DNA of 63,983 nt, counting the filler, from Octopus bimaculoides (taxonomy: Eukaryota), in the NCBI RefSeq assembly GCF_001194135.2. It is 9 parts of 6 records of this genome, joined end to end, with 100 filler letters (N's around TTAATTAATTAA, not from the genome) between each part and the next. Parts side by side here need not be neighbours in the genome. Positions count along the whole stretch, not along the records: positions 24,096 to 27,912 come from NC_068987.1; positions 28,013 to 39,376 come from NC_068992.1; 7 more parts are not named here. One strand, 5' to 3'. The translations under genes and the position numbers were made by a program. Shown here one piece after another: positions 24,558 to 36,977 of this stretch (within the stretch, counting starts at the first letter, position 1; each line of letters begins with the position of its first letter). The notes beneath the pieces are model-generated. The model saw nothing but the letters and a program-made list of their open reading frames with translations, made no database searches and was not told the origin of the DNA.

Positions 24558-25618
24558 CACACACACACATATGGATGGATGGATGGATGGATGGATGGAA
24601 GGATGGATGGATGGATGGACAGATGGACAGATAGATAGATAGATAGATAGATAGGTAGACAGACAGACAGACAGACAGGCAGGCAGGCAGGCAGACAGAC
24701 AGACAGACAGACAGACAGATAGATAGATAGATGGATAGATAGATAGATAGTTAGATAGATNNNNNNNNNNNNNNNNNNNNNNNNNNNNNNNNNNNNNNNN
24801 NNNNNNNNNNNNNNNNNNNNNNNNNNNNNNNNNNNNNNNNNNNNNNNNNNNNNNNNNNNNNNNNNNNNNNNNNNNNNNNNNNNNNNNNNNNNNNNNNNNN
24901 NNNNNNNNNNNNNNNNNNNNNNNNNNNNNNNNNNNNNNNNNNNNNNNNNNNNNNNNNNNNNNNNNNNNNNNNNNNNNNNNNNNNNNNNNNNNNNNNNNNN
25001 NNNNNNNNNNNNNNNNNNNNNNNNNNNNNNNNNNNNNNNNNNNNNNNNNNNNNNNNNNNNNNNNNNNNNNNNNNNNNNNNNNNNNNNNNNNNNNNNNNNN
25101 NNNNNNNNNNNNNNNNNNNNNNNNNNNNNNNNNNNNNNNNNNNNNNNNNNNNNNNNNNNNNNNNNNNNNNNNNNNNNNNNNNNNNNNNNNNNNNNNNNNN
25201 NNNNNNNNNNNNNNNNNNNNNNNNNNNNNNNNNNNNNNNNNNNNNNNNNNNNNNNNNNNNNNNNNNNNNNNNNNNNNNNNNNNNNNNNNNNNNNNNNNNN
25301 NNNNNNNNNNNNNNNNNNNNNNNNNNNNNNNNNNNNNNNNNNNNNNNNNNNNNNNNNNNNNNNNNNNNNNNNNNNNNNNNNNNNNNNNNNNNNNNNNNNN
25401 NNNNNNNNNNNNNNNNNNNNNNNNNNNNNNNNNNNNNNNNNNNNNNNNNNNNNNNNNNNNNNNNNNNNNNNNNNNNNNNNNNNNNNNNNNNNNNNNNNNN
25501 NNNNNNNNNNNNNNNNNNNNNNNNNNNNNNNNNNNNNNNNNNNNNNNNNNNNNNNNNNNNNNNNNNNNNNNNNNNNNNNNNNNNNNNNNNNNNNNNNNNN
25601 NNNNNNNGATAGGTAGAT

Positions 25619-25659
<41 letters not shown>

Positions 25660-26060
25660 AGCAGGCAGACAGACAGACAGACAGACAGGCAGGCAGGCAG
25701 GCAGGCAGGCAGACAGACAGACAGACAGACAGATAGATAGATAGATAGATACACATATATGTATAACTATATATATCAATGTATGCCTGTGCTTCATAAA
25801 ATAAACTATTAGGTCAAACTTTATTACATAAGAACCATCAGGGAAGCCTCTACATGGTAGTTCAAACAGTTCCAAATAGCTACTAAATCTCCTTTAATAC
25901 ACATTCTATCATCTTTAAAAAACAAATTAATAATGTATTGGATAATGTTCTACGAGATACAATATGTCTTCAAAACAATGGCAGAATTGTCATGGCTATA
26001 AAGCTTTTGAGTATGTCTGCTTGATAACAACTTGCCTTGGACCTAACAATAAATACAGTA

Positions 26061-26470
26061 AGATGCAGGTATGGCTGTGGGGTTAAGAAGCTTGTTTCCC
26101 AACCATGTGGTTTCAGGTTCACTTCCCCTGTGCAGTGCCTTGGGCAAGTGTCTTCTATTATAGCCCAAGCTTAGCCAAAGTCTTATGAGTGACTTTGGTA
26201 GATGGAAACTGAAAGAAGCCTATCATATATTTTTATGTTTGTATGTGTTTGAGAATGTGTATGTGTGTGTGTGTGTGTTTGTGTGCATTTTTGTTTTAAC
26301 ATAACATGATTGTTGTAAACAATCATCACTGTCATACAGGCAGTGTTGTTCATTTCTAGTCTTCTGTGAAAAATGTCTGGCCAGGTGAAGGTTGATGACA
26401 GGAAGGGTAGCTGGTTGTAGATAATCTGCCTCAACAAATTACATCAGACCTATGCAAACATGGGAAAGAA
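26061..26470 (+). mobile_element. SINE with family B head and a different 3' tail
   Basis: GCAGGTATGGCTGTGGGGTTAAG...CCTTGGGCAAGTGTCTTCTA...GGAAACTGAAAGAAGCC, then TGATGACAGGAAGGG. Confidence 0.65.
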
Positions 26471-26859
26471 GGTATTAAAATGATGGGGTGGGGGTGGCAG
26501 TAGCAGTGTTGGAGGTGGTGGTGGTGGTTGTGGTGGTCGTCTTGGTGATATTGGTGGTGATGAATTCACACAGCTGTCCCATGCAAACTTTTGCAAACTG
26601 TTGCGCAAATTGATTTCACATATTTTTGTATTTTTTTTATCTGCTAGCCAAATAGCTTGCCACCCTGTCACCCTACCACCCTGCTTCACCTTCACCTTGT
26701 ATGGTGCCACTGGAAAAGCACTATCACAGGTCACATGACACTTGGAGATGTCTGCATGTCTGCAGTAGCAGGTAGTCTTTCAGTGACAAACATCACACAT
26801 TGAAGGAGTAAAAAATTAGACAGATGTCTTCAGTTACCATCAATACTTCTGACACTGTC

Positions 26860-26997
26860 ACTACTATCACCACCACCACCACCACCACAACCACAACTAC
26901 TAAAATCATTATTACTGCCACCACCGCCAAAACAACAATAACGTTGACCACGACAACAATGTTGATGATGATGACCACCAATGCAACAACAATTATC

Positions 26998-27029
<32 letters not shown>

Positions 27030-27230
27030 CAACACCACTGTAATCAGCACAATAATGTTAACACTATTGCTGATGACCACCACCATCACCACCACTACAG
27101 TTGTAATTAGCACTATCACATCTGTGAAGCTCACTACCACCACTATTACTACCACTACCACTACTACCACCACTTCAACCACCACTACCACTACCACCAC
27201 ACCCATCACCTCCTACACCAATGTGGAAGC
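26860..27230 (+). repeat. Degenerate (ACC/ACA/ACT)n low-complexity tract
   Basis: Directly visible; similar tracts at ~34040-34740 and ~35010-35105. Confidence 0.85.
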
Positions 27231-27600
27231 CTGATTGAGGTCATTCAGCCTGGTAGAAATAGCAACAAAATCTTTCTCAAATTATACTCTAGCATCATAA
27301 AGAAACATTAGTCAAGGTTACCACTAAAAAGACACAATGGATGATCACAATTGGAATGTCATTATTAATAAAGTCTGTTCTATAAGGGTAAGGGTTGACC
27401 TGGGACTAAAAGAACAACATCACCATTATCACTATCACCACCACTACCAGCACTAAAATAAGGTCATGACAGACACTGCATATACAACATTACACACTAA
27501 CAAGCTATAAAACCTGTCCTGTCATACATCACAGTATTGGTACAGGTTTCTTTGATAACGAATATGCACACTCAAACACAGCTCCTCCTCCTCCTCCTCC

Positions 27601-27652
<52 letters not shown>

Positions 27653-27837
27653 TGTCATCATTTAATGTCCATTTTCCATACTGGCATGAGTTGGACATTT
27701 TGACAGGAGCTGGAATGGTCAGGAGCGTACAACACTCCATTGTCTGTTTTAGCATAGTTTCTACAGCTGGATGTCCTTCCTAACACACATATATATTATG
27801 TATGCATGTATGTATGTATGCATGCATTATATATGTA

Positions 27838-27880
<43 letters not shown>

Positions 27881-27912
27881 GTGGAGGCACAATGGCCCAG
27901 TGGTTAGGGCAG
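27881..27912 (+). mobile_element. SINE family D head, cut by a gap
   Basis: GTGGAGGCACAATGGCCCAGTGGTTAGGGCAG matches the head at 44178 on the minus strand. Confidence 0.75.
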
Positions 27913-28012
27913 NNNNNNNNNNNNNNNNNNNNNNNNNNNNNNNNNNNNNNNNNNNNTTAATTAATTAANNNNNNNNNNNNNNNNNNNNNNNNNNNNNNNN
28001 NNNNNNNNNNNN

Positions 28013-28088
<76 letters not shown>

Positions 28089-28779
28089 GCACATAGATAC
28101 GTATATATCAATATAAACCTATATATATCCATATATGCTTCTCGTTAGGGGTGTTGTTGACAGAATTTACTGAACACATTGAAAATATCACTATGTAAAA
28201 TACACATATGTTCGGACGCTGATGAGCTAATTGACAGCTTGTAGCGATGACTGCCTATATAACTAAATAATTTGTACAGAAATTCTCAAAATAGACATAA
28301 TTTCATGATAGAAACATAATATTCAGAGTGTATATTATCAGGAAACAGACACAGTATGTATATATGTTATCAACAAATCGACACTATATATATATTTTTT
28401 TTTTTTTGCATTATTGATACCGTGTGTATCCTACAAATATATAGACACAGCATGAATTTTCACCAACAAAGATAAAGTTTATGTATATTTCCAACAAACA
28501 GTTATAATGTGTATGTTTTTAAAAGTAAAAGAAGCAGTGTTTATATTGGCGATTGTATACTCACTGATTTCATATATTATCTAACTGTAGCTATTGCAGA
28601 CAGTATGTTTAATATCAACAAATTATCAGTTTGGATTTTTATCACCAATGCTACCCTGTGTATATATACATTTTCAATAAATAGACGCAGAGTGTTATAT
28701 TGTTAAAGGAATATACACTGTACGTATATCACACGCAAATTGAGTTACTGACTATAAATATATCTAACAAAATGGACAC

Positions 28780-28913
28780 CGCTAGGTGGACTGGAGCAAC
28801 GTGAAATGAGGTTTTTGCTCTCAAGCATACAAAGCGTCGCCCGTTCAGAAATCGAAGCCACAATCTTACGATCCTAAGTCGAACACCTTAAACACTAAGT
28901 TACGCGCCTCCAC
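28780..28913 (-). mobile_element. SINE family C
   Basis: GTGGACTGGAGCAACGTGAAATGAGG...CAATCTTACGATC...CACTAAGTTACGCGCCTCCA. Confidence 0.7.
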
Positions 28914-29383
28914 TAATACTTAGTAGAGTGTATTCCAAATACTGTCAGCTTATTAGATATATATATATAGTAATAATATGCTAACATACTTCATCTAGGA
29001 CAGTTATAACCGTCTAAATAAAATCTCAAAATGTCTGAAATGCACCACGTACATCAGTTAATAGTCATAGTGCATGTTTTCTATGCATTACACTGTGCAT
29101 GGTTCAGCAGAAACATCTTCAGCACTGATGCTGACAAGCTGACTTTAAAGAGGCTGCAACATTAGCCAACATAACTTCATCCTGAAATGAAACTACGAAA
29201 GTCTGGAAAAGTATATGATGGATTCCGGACTTTTAATGTTTCAAAGAAACTGCGAAGAATTTATATGTAAAACACGCAAATAATTCCTTCATGAAAAGAT
29301 TAAAATCAGGACAGTTCTGTAATGAATGCATGTCTAAGAGAAAATCTGTTTTCCATACATACTTGTAAAAACGCGCACACACA

Positions 29384-29423
<40 letters not shown>

Positions 29424-29567
29424 NNNNNNNNNNNNNNNNNNNNNNNNNNNNNNNNNNNNNNNNNNNNNNNNNNNNNNNNNNNNNNNNNNNNNNNNNNNNN
29501 NNNNNNNNNNNNNNNNNNNNNNNNNNNNNNNNNNNNNNNNNNNNNNNNNNNNNNNNNNNNNNNNNNN

Positions 29568-29603
<36 letters not shown>

Positions 29604-29690
29604 ATGTATGTATGAATGGATGGATTGATGGATGGATGGATGGATGGATGGATGGATGGATGGATGGATGAATGGATGGATACATATATC

Positions 29691-29784
29691 ATTAATATTT
29701 GGCAGAAGCAACAGAGTGACCCGAGGGTCAACGCACGGAACTCTCGACTCTTGAGTTCCTCTGTTGCTTCTGCTAAATATTAAT
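29691..29784. other. 94 bp structured palindrome: 26 bp outer stem enclosing two hairpins
   Basis: Arms 29691-29716 and 29759-29784 pair with one G:T. Inner stems TGACC/GGTCA and GAACTC/GAGTTC. Confidence 0.8.
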
Positions 29785-31104
29785 AAAAATATACATATAT
29801 TCATATTTTGAGTTCTATTTTTCCTGTTTGCATCATCATATCGAAATGTATGTGTGCGTACGTGTGTGTGCGTATGTGTGTGTGTGTGTGCGTGTGTGTG
29901 TACATATGCACCTATAAAGTGACCTATGGATTAATTTTATTTACGTAATAAATATATTATATTGCAAACACGCACATACATATACTATTACACACACACA
30001 AGCACACACACATACAAACTCACACACACATGCACACACATGAAAATGCTATCCACATTAACAAAAGAAGGATTTTAAAATAGAAGCAGGTAAAGAAGTA
30101 TTAGTTGGTTCAATCCTCCTTTTAACCTAACGTTAGCCTCTCCCATATCTCGAATGTTGTTCCAACTAATTAAGGAGCAGTTTACAAAAGCACAAATATT
30201 ACCAAATTTTTAGCAAAAATGCGTTTCTGTTAGTCATTACTGAAAAAAAAATATTTGCAAACACACATATATACATACATGTGTATATGTGCATGCGTGC
30301 GTGTGTGTACGTGTATGTGTGTATATCTATGCAATCTATAGACGTTAAATTAATTAATCTAGTGTTTGAGTTCTGCATACATATCATGCATTACGCGAAA
30401 ACATATGCATAAACGTATAGTCTCTGTAAAAGAAAATCTTATTACACTCTCGTTAAAAGACATGTTCAATCATATTTACACAAGCATACCCCTTTCACAC
30501 ACACACAGACACATATGCACATACACATATATGATTCACACAATACAGTCGCTAATTCTTAAAACGACTCCATTTTTTTAATGGCTCCCAACATAAACAC
30601 ACTACTCATATCCTTGTTAAAAAATAAAATGAAATAAAATAGCTTCAGTTTTAAAGAAAGGGAAGAATCAAAACAATGACAGCCACAGCATCTTGCAGTT
30701 AAGGGTGGGTTTATTGGTGGTCTGGTTGTAATACCAGGGTAGAATAGTCAAAACATCCTTTGTAATCTTATCCCAAGTGATGACGAAACGTTTCGTCATC
30801 TACCAGACAGTTTTCAGTCTCCAGAATTTCAAGGCTCCTCTTTGGCGGATATTACCGACTAGTTCAACTGCAAAACCCCAAACCTTTCCTCTCTTATCTT
30901 TAGTTCGCATTTGTTCTTACATTGTGTAAATATACACATACAAATGTACATACATGACGACATAGATATGTATAGTTAGATTAGTTACCTGCATTACATA
31001 CAAGCATGCATACATGCACACACACACACACTCATACATATACATATACATATATATACACATATATATCAATACAAATATACATAGACAAACGTACACA
31101 CACA

Positions 31105-31191
<87 letters not shown>

Positions 31192-31730
31192 CAAGCATTT
31201 ATGCACCAAAATATTCATATGTATACACACATGCATACACATATTTGTTATATGTACTACACTGTAGCGTATATCAGAACTTTAATGAATTTATTTATTA
31301 GAAAGCCTCTCTGTGGGTGAAATATAAATGCAAACGGATTCTTTCTATACTATATTAGTGCCGAGAAAGCAAGACAGGCTGTTTCGTGGTTTATTGACTG
31401 TAACTCAGGGAAGACATGTTCGGTTTCCTTTTCCAGTCAATGGCATACACCAGGTGCTATATAAAGCAGTCATGACCAGGTGCTTTATAAAGCAATCACC
31501 GTCTTGGACAAATTAATTTGCATATTTATGGTTTTGATGGCTTGATAAGATCTAAATTATATTCTGTTTTATTTTACGTAAGTTAATTAGAAGAATTAAA
31601 ATGTAGATATTACAAAACCTCACTATGGGTGAAATAATAATTTTATCAGATTCATTCTTTGACGTTGTGCAGCGAATACATATACATATGTACATACATA
31701 CATACAAACACACACACACACACGCGCACA

Positions 31731-31784
<54 letters not shown>

Positions 31785-31806
31785 TATGTATGCATGTATG
31801 TATATA

Positions 31807-32830
31807 TTAGGTCATCCATTAGATGATGCGGGTTTTTTTTTATACTTCCTTTATTTTTCAAAATTAAGATAAACAAAGTTCTTTTTTAATCTAAAATAAA
31901 CTCTCCTTCATTTTCTACAATGCTCTTCCATCTATCAGGTAGATTTTCAAAGCCCCTCTTCCAAAATTCACTTGTCCGTGACGAAAACTACTCCTCCAGC
32001 ACGGTTCTGACCTCATCTACAGAATTCATATTTTTTTCCTTCCAAATGATTCTGAAGACTGCGGGATAAAAGATAATCAGATGGGGCAATGTCCGGCGAT
32101 TATGGTTGGTGGGGCATAGTTTCCCATTCAAACTGCTCCAGCTTTTGGAATGTCATCCTTGCTATATGCGACCGAGCAGTATCTTGATGGAAGAACACCT
32201 TTCCTCTTGAAACCAAAGATGGTCGTTTTGCTCCTAGCGCTGACTTAAGCCGCTCAAGCTGCATGCAGCAGGTCTCCTTTGTTTGGGTTTAAAATTTCAA
32301 AATAGACTAAACCTTTCGTATCTCGCCAAACATGACAACACCTTTCGTTAGGCTGGGATGCCGGTGTTTCGCCTTTCTCTACCCACTGTCTCCAGCGCTT
32401 GTCATTTTTATAGAGAACCCATGTCTCCTCAACAGTCACTATTCGGTCAAAAAAAGGTTCATTCGTGAGACGTGACAGCAAAGAAGAGCACACATTCACT
32501 ATCTGGAAAGTTTTTGATGAACCCATTGACCCAATTTACTGATTTTTTCCAATGGCACGCAGGTGTCGATGAATGGTTGAATGACTAAATCCAAGCTTCT
32601 CTACTAGTTCCTCAACAGTTACTACGGGATCTTGTTCCACCAGGGTTTGCAGGACGTCCTCGTCGAGCTCTACAGATCTTCCAGGACGAGGCTCATCTTC
32701 TAGCCTGTAGTTTCCGACACGGAATTTCTGGGACCACCGTTGATACTGGCTTATGCCTATTTTCCGATCCTCATACACTGCATCAATATTCTATGTATAA
32801 ATATTGTCTCTGTAAGTCCAAATTCTCGGG
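31807..32830 (-). mobile_element. Decayed mariner transposon; transposase pseudogene ~31886-32795 with stops and frameshifts
   Basis: QRWSQKFRVGNYRLEDEPRPGR, FFDRIVTVEETWVLY, FHQDTARSH, SPDIAPSDY and LPDRWKSIVENEGE mariner motifs. Terminal TA|TTAGGTCATCC at 31805-31817. Other end lost in a TA/GATA microsatellite. Confidence 0.9.
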
Positions 32831-32845
32831 TATATATATATATAT

Positions 32846-32899
<54 letters not shown>

Positions 32900-32967
32900 G
32901 GATAGNNNNNNNNNNGATAGATAGATAGATAGATGGATAGATGGATAGATGGATAGATGGATAGATG

Positions 32968-33010
<43 letters not shown>

Positions 33011-33039
33011 CGCTAACCACTACACACATTTATTTTCTC

Positions 33040-33190
33040 TCTTTGTTTCTCTCTGTTTCTTTCTGTGTTCTTTTCTGCGGAAGAGTGTAGGCTCGAAACG
33101 TTAAAGACTTTTTTTAATTCCCGAGCGGAATTCCATCTGTTTGTTTTCTACACCACCTGTCTTCGTCTGTTGTTTTTTCGTGAATTCTCC
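33040..33190 (+). mobile_element. Penelope-terminus-like short repeat with a hammerhead-like core; relatives at 24370-24510 (+) and 21895-21985 (-)
   Basis: Shared CTGC(G/T)GAAGAG.(G/A)TAGGCTC(G/A)AAAC...TTCCCGAGC...CTGTCTTCGTCTG. Penelope assignment inferred from the motif only. Confidence 0.6.
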
Positions 33191-33193
33191 CTA

Positions 33194-33229
<36 letters not shown>

Positions 33230-33350
33230 TGTATGTATGTATGTATGTATTGTATTGTATTGTATATAATTAGTGTTTTTACGTATATACGCTTCAAATA
33301 ATGCATATACGTTTGTTTTTATGTGTTTCTATATAATGGTAAAAGAAATG

Positions 33351-33467
33351 AAAATTTTTATGAGCAAAATTTTATGAGCAAAATTTTTATGAGCAAAAAT
33401 ATTTTATGAGCTAAAAATTTTATGCGCAAAATTTTTATGAGCAAAAGAATTTTTTTGCACAAAATTT
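33351..33467 (+). repeat. Minisatellite of ~14-17 bp units, core TTTTATGAGCAAAA, ~7 copies
   Basis: Directly visible. Confidence 0.85.
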
Positions 33468-34173
33468 GAACAAGGATTCTATGTAATCAAATAATTCAAT
33501 TCCAAGCAGAATCTGTGTGCTACATGCTCACACTCAGGAATCCGACGAAAACCATATAGACCGATTGGTACCGGATTACATGAGCTTTTAAAGTATGCGA
33601 ACCACGACCAGAGATGTTGGTCGAGACGTTAATCCTACGCTGGACCTCGCTTTTGCACATTAATTCTAGCATTTTGGTGGGTGTGGCCGTGACCCCGAAG
33701 CAATATGTAATTGGCGGGGTTCTTTGCGGTTTTCCAAGACCTGATGATCCTGGTAATCACAAAACTAACCTGAACTGCAACATTTTGAAATAAATAGTGC
33801 TGGTGGGTGTGGTGAGTCTTGTTTCCACATGTGTGATAGTAAAAGACTCTTGAGGGCACTCTGATCATCACAAAAGGAAAAGAAAAGAAAACGAAAGCAT
33901 CAGACTGTAGTAGAAAGGATTATTATTATTATTATTGTTATTATTATTGTTGCTGTTGTTGTTGTTATCATCATCATCATCATCATGTACGGTATTTCTT
34001 TTTGACTCTATGCATTCTGATTTCAGTTATACATACACAACCATCTCCACTAAAATTTCCACAACCAATAACCTCGTATAACCATCAGAACCGCCATCAC
34101 TACGGCCACCATAATCACCACCACTAACACCACTACTACCATAACCACCACCACCACTATAACCATTACCACC

Positions 34174-34355
34174 CTGCCGCTACGTTCTGAGTTCAAATTC
34201 CGCCGAGGTCGACTTTGCCTTTCATCCTTTCGGGGTCGATAAATTAAGTACCAGTTACGTACTGGGGTCGATGTAATCGACTTAATCCCTTTGTCTGTTC
34301 TTGTTTGTGCCCCTCTATGTTTAGCCCCTTGTGGGCAATAAAGAAATAAAAAAAA
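34174..34355 (+). mobile_element. 5'-truncated SINE family A copy
   Basis: CGTTCTGAGTTCAAATTCCGCCGAGGTCGACTTTGCC...GCCCCTTGTGGGCAATAAAGAAATAAAAAAA. Confidence 0.88.
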
Positions 34356-35041
34356 TCCTTACCATAACCACCACCACCACCACTATAACCATTACCACCA
34401 CCACCATAATCCTTACCACAACCACCAGCATATTCACCAGCAACAACACCATAAAGGCCACAACCACCAATACAAACCACAACCAGCAACATCAATTCCG
34501 CTACCGCTACTAACACCAGCACCGCCACAATCACCACTAACATCACCACCGACACTACCACCGCTAACATCAGCATCATTATGCCACCTCCACCACCACC
34601 ACCACCATCACTATCACCGCTCACTATCACCGCCTCTTTGTAAGTACCGCTATCATCAGCAGCGACACCACCTTGGCAAATACCGCTTTCACTAACACCA
34701 CCAGCAGCGTCACCGCAACGACCAGATCACCAAGCTATGACTCATTCAGTACAAATTACTAATGGAAATTTTACATTCTCGTTACCCAATATCGTTGTCG
34801 TTCTTGCTGCTGTTGCTGCTGCTGTTGTTGTTGTCGTTGTTGTTGCTGTCGTGGTGGTGGTCGTCGTCGTCGTCGCCGCTGTCGCTGTTGTTTAAATATC
34901 ATAATGCGTAACTCCCACTCCTTTTTATATATTTCTTCCCCTTCTTCTTGCCATGGTACGACCATAGTAATTCCCACGGTCCTCTTCCGAAAAATAAAAA
35001 TTGTACCAACGACTACAACTACAGCAGCTACAACAACAGCA

Positions 35042-35084
<43 letters not shown>

Positions 35085-35361
35085 GTAGTAGTAGTAGTAG
35101 TAGCAGCTTCCCCTCCTCCTCCTGCATGAAAGAAAGCAAACCCTTATTATATTCTTCATCGGCCAACATAAGACCGTCTCTTCTTCCAAATTCCAGTTAA
35201 CATTCTTCGTCTTCATTGACAGATTTGCATTCCCCACGGAAAGGATGCTAGAAACTCATAGGCTTAACGTCACATCGACTTATGAACCGAAACAAATCGT
35301 TGTATATTACACAGGCGCGCGTGAACATGCGTACATACATACATACATACGTACATACATC

Positions 35362-35403
<42 letters not shown>

Positions 35404-35755
35404 GCCGTCCACTCGTGACCGAGGAAGACCATTGCCGACCTTCAGGAACATTGTGTGCTCTAGGACTAACTCTGTTGGTGGCTAATGAGCCCTGCTCTTG
35501 ATAAGCATACACGACTGCAAACATTGCAGACCAAGCTTTCCCCATTCACTATATGAGCCGTGCGCTTTCGCGCAGCTCGCTTAAGTTCTTCATGCTGGAT
35601 ACGTGCTCTCTCAATAGTGTCGATCCCCTCCTTAACCTGCTTCCTCCATCTGTGGCGATGACAGGCATTGTTCTCCCAGTCAGTGTCCTGCATATCACAG
35701 GCCTTTAATGAGGACTTGACACAGTCCTTAAATCGCAGCCTAATACGTGATACAT
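35362..35755 (-). pseudogene. RTE (BovB-like) LINE 3' end with (CAT)n tail
   Basis: DWENNACHRHRWRKQVKEG...CNVCSRVCLSRAGLISH is the RTE C-terminal pattern; (CAT)n tail at 35362-35402. Confidence 0.82.
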
Positions 35756-35789
35756 ATATGTGCCGAAATCGTTATCATTCTCGAAGATT

Positions 35790-36440
35790 GTGAAAGTCTC
35801 CAGGAGGCTCCTCCGTGGGGTCCTATCAGAAGCAACTGCCATTAGACTTACCTGCTGGATTCCCCAAACGTGACCAACTGAGACAATGGATATCATCAAA
35901 CTATTTCATTCTTGGTTTACCCTCCAGGTCTTCTGCCTGTTGGCTCGGCTTGGAGAATCTGTCATGCGATTTTTTTTTCCTCTGGCATTCTAATCACATA
36001 TCCGTAGTACCGGTACTGTGACCTTTGAATGCAGACTCTCTTAACACTGGGCTATGCGCCGTCTAGAGAAACGTTACTCCAGAGATACTTTGGAACCACA
36101 TTTCAGTCGCTTGTATTCATGGTCTCACACTTTCGGTCCGTTCCCACCATTCATGACAATAAGCTCAAAAACCGAACAGAAGATAACGAGTTTAGAATTT
36201 TCCGCAATTTCTGATCTTCTAAGGATCGAATGCTGGAGCTGGGGCATTGCTGTTCTACCAACTGCAATTCTACGGTCCAAATCAGCTTCCTACTTCCCAT
36301 CACCCGTGAATACGACTCCGAGATATTTAAACTTCTCCACTTGTCTCAGCAATGCTCCATTAACATGCAGAGTGCACAGGAAAGACGCTCTTGAGAGGAC
36401 CAGTGTCTCTGTCTTTGCAATACTAATTCTCATCCCTGCC
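35790..36440 (-). pseudogene. Second RTE-clade LINE remnant (Rex3/Expander-like), post-RT region
   Basis: Minus-strand reading GMRISIAKTETLVLS...VEKFKYLGVVFTGDG, then frameshifted W.RLG...VASDR...SLLE. Confidence 0.75.
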
Positions 36441-36467
36441 TTGTGTGTGTGTGTGTATGTGTATGTA

Positions 36468-36540
<73 letters not shown>

Positions 36541-36885
36541 TATATCCGTTCTTCCATTCTGTGTTAGTTGTTTAGTAATTCAATATCCTTCTCACACCGT
36601 CCTTTTGGCCAGTTAAACAATCGGTTAATCAATTCATCAATCATTTAGTCCGTCAGTCGTTTAGTCAATTGTCTGTAAATCTGTACATAGGTCAGTCAAT
36701 CAGTTTATCAGTCAATCAATTATTTGATCAATAAATCATTCAGCGAATTAGTCGACAGCAGGATTAACAACTTCAGCAGAGTTGGTACGAATTCGTTTGA
36801 AGAACGAGAGTCTAGTTTTAGTCGTTTATATTGTTAATGCAGTTGGATGGCCGTCTGGACACAGAACCTCTTCTGGCAATGGAGA

Positions 36886-36977
<92 letters not shown>

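Noticed and set aside
26824-27234. Thr-rich mucin-like ORF (also 34331-34513 and 34904-35200)
   Set aside because: Low-complexity ACN repeat with no signal peptide, splice context or non-repetitive domain.
33351-33467. CRISPR-like array
   Set aside because: Eukaryotic context, no unique spacers, no cas genes.
33573-33635. GGATTA...GACCA/TGGTC-GAGACGT-TAATCC hammerhead-like string
   Set aside because: The CUGANGA core cannot be placed next to stem II.
33635-33871. Minus-strand ORF containing ...VAVQ|GTTAGT, resembling a homeobox exon end
   Set aside because: The upstream peptide has no homeodomain helix residues.
36054-36503. 149 aa plus-strand ORF
   Set aside because: Antisense shadow of the RTE remnant.
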